From IMG/VR virus record IMGVR_UViG_3300046780_000888, positions 1 to 64,000 of that record: 64,000 nucleotides of DNA. One strand, written 5' to 3'. Position numbers and translations under genes: made by a program. The notes beneath the pieces were generated by a model. The model saw nothing but the letters and a program-made list of their open reading frames with translations, had not been told where the DNA came from and ran no database searches. Shown in pieces: positions 59,332-64,000 of the stretch (positions within the stretch are counted from its first letter, which is position 1; each line of letters opens with the position of its first letter). The DNA is from a virus (taxonomy: Duplodnaviria > Caudoviricetes).

Positions 59332-59946
59332 ATGTCCGACGACCTTCCGAAGGAAGGTGCCTCCACCATAGGCGCTAGCCCCCTCACGATCATCGTGAAG
59401 GGCGGCACGACCTCGAGCGCCCTCGATAAGACGCGAGCCCAGCAGACGGCGCGGGCCGAGGCTGGGCGCGAGCATCAGGAGAAGCAGGAGCGGGCGGCAA
59501 AGTTCGGGGCAGGGATGACGCCCGGGGGGTTCGTCCATTCGAGTCTCACGTCGATGCGCATGATGGACAACGGCTCCCCGCGAGTCGTCTTCTTCTACCT
59601 GAACAAGGACAAGACGGTTCGTCAGGAATGCGTCGGTGAAATCGTGATGCTGCCGGACGGCGACGAGGTCGTGACCCTCGTGTGCCCCCGGTGTCTCGAG
59701 AGTGGGGAGGTCCACGGTTCGGCGCAAGTGATGATCAAAAAGTCGCACCGGAAGTTCTATCTCGACACGCGGACGCCGGCGCAGGGCGGCAAGGCGGGGA
59801 CGCTGGTGCAGCTGGTCGATCCGGACCGGAAGCCGTTTCACGTGCGGGTCTGCGGCACGGTCTTCGTGGACGACATCATCCGGTGCTCGAACGTCGGGTG
59901 CCAATGGGCGGTGCGGATCTCGGACAGCAAGGTGGAGGAGGCCTGA
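59332..59946 (+). CDS. Hypothetical Zn-binding protein
   Basis: LVCPRC...IRCSNVGCQW.V.I. Confidence 0.65.
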   Translation: MSDDLPKEGASTIGASPLTIIVKGGTTSSALDKTRAQQTARAEAGREHQEKQERAAKFGAGMTPGGFVHSSLTSMRMMDNGSPRVVFFYLNKDKTVRQECVGEIVMLPDGDEVVTLVCPRCLESGEVHGSAQVMIKKSHRKFYLDTRTPAQGGKAGTLVQLVDPDRKPFHVRVCGTVFVDDIIRCSNVGCQWAVRISDSKVEEA

Positions 59947-59958
59947 GGGCACAACGCG

Positions 59959-60162
59959 ATGGCTATGAAGCAACAGGGGACGTGGTGGTCCGCCGAACGG
60001 TTGAAGGATCGCGCTGCGGTCGATGCGCTGCGGGCGGTCCTTGGGCTGGATCCTCTCTACAATCAGAAGAGACCGCGGCAGTACACGTGGCTGAACGATG
60101 TCCGGGACGCCTATTACGATTCCGGAGTGGTGAAGAGACTGGGTCTGCCAAGAGCAGGGTAA
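59959..60162 (+). CDS. Small hypothetical protein
   Basis: VDALRAVLGLDPLY. Confidence 0.5.
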   Translation: MAMKQQGTWWSAERLKDRAAVDALRAVLGLDPLYNQKRPRQYTWLNDVRDAYYDSGVVKRLGLPRAG

Positions 60163-60180
60163 GCGAAAGGTGAAGCGCGA

Positions 60181-60474
60181 ATGAAAATCCGTCCACTAGG
60201 TAACCGCGTAGTTGTCCAACGGGACCCGCCCTCCGAGAAACTCGGAAGCATCATCATTCCCGAGGTCGCCCGGGAGAAGCTCACGCGGGGGACAGTGCTG
60301 TCTGCCGGGCGCGGGAAGATGATGGACACGGGCCGCTTCATCGAGACGACGGTGAAGGAAGGAGACCGGGTCGTCTTCGGGAAGTACTCCGGCTTCGAGA
60401 TCGAGCATCACGGAGCGCCGGAATGCATCTGCATGACGGAAGACGACATCGTCGGGATACTCGAGGACGAGTGA
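60181..60474 (+). CDS. groES: Co-chaperonin GroES
   Basis: MKIRPLGNRVVVQR...IIIPEVAREK..RGTVLSAGRG...VKEGDRVVFGKYSG...EDDIVGILE. Confidence 0.95.
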   Translation: MKIRPLGNRVVVQRDPPSEKLGSIIIPEVAREKLTRGTVLSAGRGKMMDTGRFIETTVKEGDRVVFGKYSGFEIEHHGAPECICMTEDDIVGILEDE

Positions 60475-60482
60475 GCTGAGAC

Positions 60483-60788
60483 GTGCAGCAATCGTCGACC
60501 GTGGCTACGAGGCTCAGGAGTGTTCTTGGATGCTGCTTCCTGAGCGCGTGCAACTCCGGCCCAACCGTTGAGAACGGTGGCTGCCACGATGCACTGTTCA
60601 ACCTAGGGCGTTGGGAGTCCGTTATGTGTCCCAATGCTCAGCAGAAAATGACGGTCGGAGCTTGGGTAGTGGTCAATGACGGTTGGGGGCGTGCAGATCG
60701 TCGCGACATAACCTGCCGGTGCGAACGAGAGACGCTGGTCGCAGCCCCTGACGCTGGCGCGGCTCCAGGAAGTGGGGCCTCGAAGTGA
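60483..60788 (+). CDS. Putative small lipoprotein
   Basis: Lipobox-like FLSAC; Cys-containing. Confidence 0.4.
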   Translation: MQQSSTVATRLRSVLGCCFLSACNSGPTVENGGCHDALFNLGRWESVMCPNAQQKMTVGAWVVVNDGWGRADRRDITCRCERETLVAAPDAGAAPGSGASK

Positions 60789-62137
60789 CCGATCTGGCTG
60801 AGCGCCTCGCGCCATTCTCTGCCACAACCTCTGCTCTCGAGGGCGACGGAGGGGATCTGCCGCCCTCTGACCAAGAGATCATGGAGCGCCCCATCGTTGC
60901 CCCAGGCAGCGACGCGCTCTTGCCGTACGCGATCGAGTATCAGGCGCCATGGGACCAGCTCGAGGACGGCCTTGCCCGGCACTCGCGCTCGCAGGTACGG
61001 GCACTGTCGCGAGCAGGGCTTCCGGTCGTTCTCCGGCGCCTCAGTCGCCCGAAGTTCATGCTGGAAGACGAGGTCGACACGCGAGTACGGGCGAGCGTCG
61101 GGTATCTACGGGACACGTCTGCCGCCTCGATCCCGATCGCGATTCGGCAGCTTGTCATCCACAATGCGACCTTCCTCGAGAACACCGTGGCCCCCGCGGG
61201 GGCCCGCATGGCTGGGTTCGAGAACGAGCTCAACGTCTACCGCTCGACGATCGTGTACACACCCTGGGAGCGCACGACCGTGGCCCCCGCCATCGTCGAA
61301 GTCTTGAACCGATGCGCCGAGACATGGGTGCACGGCGAGTGGGTGGTCGACATCTTCAGGACCGCTGGGGTCGAGCGCGTTTACGCGATCCCGGTGGCCT
61401 ACGATCCGGACACGAGCCCGGCGTCCCACATCTCCGCTCCGCGGGGCTCTGAGTCGGTTCCCGATGGGCAGCGCTTCTATGCCATCGGCAAGTGGGAGCC
61501 ACGAAAGAATTACACCGCTCTGCTCGGGGCCTTTCTGCTCGAGTTCTCCTTGAAGGACAAGGCCTCGCTCTTTCTGAAGACCCACGAATGGGGGACATGG
61601 GCGGGCTACCCCTCGATCTCCGAAGCGCTCGATAAGTGGCTTTCGGACCCGGCCGTGCAAGCCAACGGCTGGACGCGTGCCAACTACAGGAAGCGCCTCC
61701 GGATCGTTGCGAAGAAGCTTCCAGAAGAAGAGATCACGAAGATTCATCGAGAGAACAACATCTACGTGTCCTGTTCGCACGCCGAAGGCTGGGACCTTCC
61801 TGCGTTCGAGGCGCGATGCGCCGGGAACCGGCTCGTCTATACGGGCTGGGGAGGCCCAACGGCGTTTTGTAGTCCGAACGATGTTCCGCTCTGGGCATTC
61901 CTTGAGCCAGTGCATCCTGGGTACGGGTGGGAAGCGGGCGCCGAATGGGCGTCCTGCCCCGTCGTGCTTCTTCGCGATGCGCTCCGCGCCGCACGACCAC
62001 CGGCGCGCCGCGTCCACCCGCCGGACTTCTATCAACGGTTTGGGCTCGCACCGGTCGGCGCAATGATGGCGGCGCGACTCAAGGAGCGATTTCCTGAGGC
62101 CATTCGCAAGCTCGTTTTGGCGGGGAACTTCGGATGA
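60785..62137 (+). CDS. GT4-family glycosyltransferase
   Basis: FYAIGKWEPRKNY..LL.AF..EF, YVSCSHAEGWDLPAFEA...G...TGWGGP. Confidence 0.88.
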   Translation: MTDLAERLAPFSATTSALEGDGGDLPPSDQEIMERPIVAPGSDALLPYAIEYQAPWDQLEDGLARHSRSQVRALSRAGLPVVLRRLSRPKFMLEDEVDTRVRASVGYLRDTSAASIPIAIRQLVIHNATFLENTVAPAGARMAGFENELNVYRSTIVYTPWERTTVAPAIVEVLNRCAETWVHGEWVVDIFRTAGVERVYAIPVAYDPDTSPASHISAPRGSESVPDGQRFYAIGKWEPRKNYTALLGAFLLEFSLKDKASLFLKTHEWGTWAGYPSISEALDKWLSDPAVQANGWTRANYRKRLRIVAKKLPEEEITKIHRENNIYVSCSHAEGWDLPAFEARCAGNRLVYTGWGGPTAFCSPNDVPLWAFLEPVHPGYGWEAGAEWASCPVVLLRDALRAARPPARRVHPPDFYQRFGLAPVGAMMAARLKERFPEAIRKLVLAGNFG

Positions 62138-62328
62138 AATTCGAGCTGCTCGTTCTTGGCATCGCAGGCTGTTGTATGCTTTTGATAATCGGAATGGCGG
62201 AAGCTTGCCAATCCGGTATCCACCGGGGGCGCTGTCTCGAGATCTGTGCGCCTGAGCCCCTCGAGACGACAACGACCAGCGGGTGCGTCTGCAGGAATGC
62301 GGTGAGGCCATTGAAGGGGGTACCGTGA
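62134..62328 (+). CDS. Small secreted Cys-rich protein
   Basis: Hydrophobic N-terminus; C...C...CVC. Confidence 0.45.
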   Translation: MKFELLVLGIAGCCMLLIIGMAEACQSGIHRGRCLEICAPEPLETTTTSGCVCRNAVRPLKGVP

Positions 62329-62828
62329 GATATTTTTTCGACACGGAGTTTATCGAGGACGGGAAAACCATCGACCTCATTTCGATTGGCATCGTGTGCG
62401 AGGACGATCGGGAGCTGTACTGCTGTAACGCAGAGGCGAAGCTTCATCTGGCGTCGGACTGGGTGATCCAGAATGTCCTGCCGAGTCTCCCTCCAAAGGA
62501 GTCCCCCACGTGGATGCCACGGGGCGAAATTGCTGACCTGGTGAAGGGATTCGTTCGGCAGTCCCTCATCAGCCCGACCCCTAAGATCGAATTCTGGGCG
62601 TACTACGCAGACTACGACTGGGTGGCGCTCTGTCAGCTCTTCGGAAGGATGATAGATCTACCGAAGCAATTTCCGAAGTACTGCATGGATTTGAAGCAGC
62701 TCTCGGTCATGCGGGGCAGTCCTACGCATCCGAAGCAGACCAGCGGGGAGCACAACGCGCTCGCGGATGCTCGATGGAACCGAGCCTTGTTCGAGTTCCT
62801 CGGCAGAGCGGACTGGGAACGGCGATGA
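62325..62828 (+). CDS. DEDD 3'-5' exonuclease (Rv2179c/DUF5051-like)
   Basis: MRYFFDTEFIEDGKTIDLISIG, WAYYADYDWV.LCQLFG.M, HNALADARW. Confidence 0.9.
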   Translation: MRYFFDTEFIEDGKTIDLISIGIVCEDDRELYCCNAEAKLHLASDWVIQNVLPSLPPKESPTWMPRGEIADLVKGFVRQSLISPTPKIEFWAYYADYDWVALCQLFGRMIDLPKQFPKYCMDLKQLSVMRGSPTHPKQTSGEHNALADARWNRALFEFLGRADWERR

Positions 62829-63082
62829 CGCACTGGAAGCTCTACTACCTGCTTGGCGCCGCCCTGTGGCTCGTTCTGAATCTGCGGAAGGTAGCGTCAT
62901 TCGTTACCGATGGCGCGCTGACATTTACGCCGCCGCCGACCGGGCTCCGCCTCGTCGCGATCGCAATCGCGATGTTCTGGAGCTACGTCTGTGGCGCAGC
63001 CCTATGGCCAGGAAGCCTGGTGGTCTGGGCACTGGTAACGCTTCTGCAGCGAACAGCAGGCCCGGACGACGAGGAGTTCTGA
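62825..63082 (+). CDS. Small membrane protein
   Basis: Two to three hydrophobic segments. Confidence 0.55.
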   Translation: MTHWKLYYLLGAALWLVLNLRKVASFVTDGALTFTPPPTGLRLVAIAIAMFWSYVCGAALWPGSLVVWALVTLLQRTAGPDDEEF

Positions 63083-63300
63083 TGAATAAGAACCTTCTGA
63101 TCACGGGTGCGTTCGCGGCGGCGATGGCGGCGGGCGGTTACCCGCCGCTCACAATTCGCCGAGCGGCGACGTGGTATCCGCCGGAGCCCTCACCAGCACA
63201 GAACGCTGCGAGGCGACAGGCCGCCGAAGAGAAGCGCAAACGGAAGGCCGCGAAGCTCGAGGCAGCGGCGATGCGTGGCGGGATCCGGAGGGCCCCGTGA
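63082..63300 (+). CDS. Small basic protein
   Basis: AAEEKRKRKAAK. Confidence 0.5.
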   Translation: MNKNLLITGAFAAAMAAGGYPPLTIRRAATWYPPEPSPAQNAARRQAAEEKRKRKAAKLEAAAMRGGIRRAP

Positions 63301-63524
63301 CGGCGACGCTCGAAGAAAAAGAGAACGAGACCGCCGAAGAGACGATCTCGAGGTGGCTCGATACTGAGTACGTCTTTGCAGAAGACAGGATGGAGATCCT
63401 TTTGGCATGCGTGGTTATGGAGCTCATCGGATTGTCCGATGCCGAGCGGGGGCAGATGTGGGTCGCGCTATCGGCGGTGGTCGAAAAGTACCAGACAGTC
63501 GAGAGCCGTGAGGACGCCAACTGA
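63297..63524 (+). CDS. Hypothetical protein
   Basis: Coupled 75-aa ORF. Confidence 0.5.
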   Translation: MTATLEEKENETAEETISRWLDTEYVFAEDRMEILLACVVMELIGLSDAERGQMWVALSAVVEKYQTVESREDAN

Positions 63525-64000
63525 TGGCGCCGCGCGTCCGGCTCTACGGGACCGGGAACGGAGAGGGTTCGTTCGTGCAGGTGACACGCGGCATGCGACG
63601 GGCACTCGAGGCGGCCGGCGAACTCGCGGGGTTTTGTGCGCTGGACGACGACGAGCAGACGGCGGGGGCGAGCGCAGCCGTCTCGCTCAACATCGGCAAC
63701 CCCAACCAGCTCCTCCGAGCGCATCGGGACGGAGAGCACAGGTCCCATTGGTTACTCCTTGCCCCAAACGGAGAAACGCTGCCGTTCGGGTTCATGGACG
63801 GTCTTCTGAAGCCGTCGAAGGTACTGCCGAGAGGGATGCTCACCGGGGGCCTCTTAGCGCCGAGTGCATGGGCCGCGTCCGTGCTCCGCCGCTACGTCCC
63901 AGCGACGCTGCCGGTCGTGGTGGCCCCGCACGGGGTGACGCCCGAGGTACACGTCCTCGACGTTGCGCTCCGTACGCAGGCGACGCTCGAGTATCGAGGC
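63524..64000 (+). CDS. Probable glycosyltransferase (GT4-like), 3' partial
   Basis: Manual translation MAPRVRLYG.GNGEGSFVQVTRGM...LLAPSAWAASVL...VVVAPHGV; open to the window end. Confidence 0.6.
   Translation, partial: MAPRVRLYGTGNGEGSFVQVTRGMRRALEAAGELAGFCALDDDEQTAGASAAVSLNIGNPNQLLRAHRDGEHRSHWLLLAPNGETLPFGFMDGLLKPSKVLPRGMLTGGLLAPSAWAASVLRRYVPATLPVVVAPHGVTPEVHVLDVALRTQATLEYRG

Overview
This GC-rich 64 kb window reads as most of the genome of a large bacterial virus or provirus. I see no terminase, portal, HK97 capsid, tape measure or tail genes. It has five blocks. (1) 1-4 kb: a partial GT2/methyltransferase gene and a Thr-rich collagen-like fibre. (2) 4-16.4 kb: a leftward array of small accessory genes (MT-A70 methylase, Lar, hicB-hicA-RHH, Cre-like tyrosine recombinase). 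It includes a run of cassette-like genes all joined by the same GTGAGGCAG stop/start junction. (3) 16.5-29.5 kb: replication and nucleotide genes (RHH, initiator with an origin-like core, DnaC-like loader, DnaB, protein kinase, MazG-like, RuvC, CmcI-like methylase, ThyX, Nmad1, NUDIX). (4) 29.5-59.3 kb: a presumed virion module. It holds about 25 tail-anchored membrane proteins, LysM and peptidoglycan-binding proteins, a transglutaminase-fold cysteine protease, an 847-aa Arg/Lys-rich core-like protein, three candidate jelly-roll capsid proteins and spike proteins sharing an N-terminal anchor. A G[LMV]G motif recurs through these proteins and often matches the adenovirus protease consensus (M/I/L)xGx/G. 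(5) 59.3-64 kb: GroES, GT4 glycosyltransferases and a DEDD exonuclease. The most striking candidates for novelty are a tailless, membrane-containing virus with an adenovirus-like proteolytic maturation code, and the recombinase-associated MRQS cassette array. All assignments come from motif reading by eye; no searches were run.
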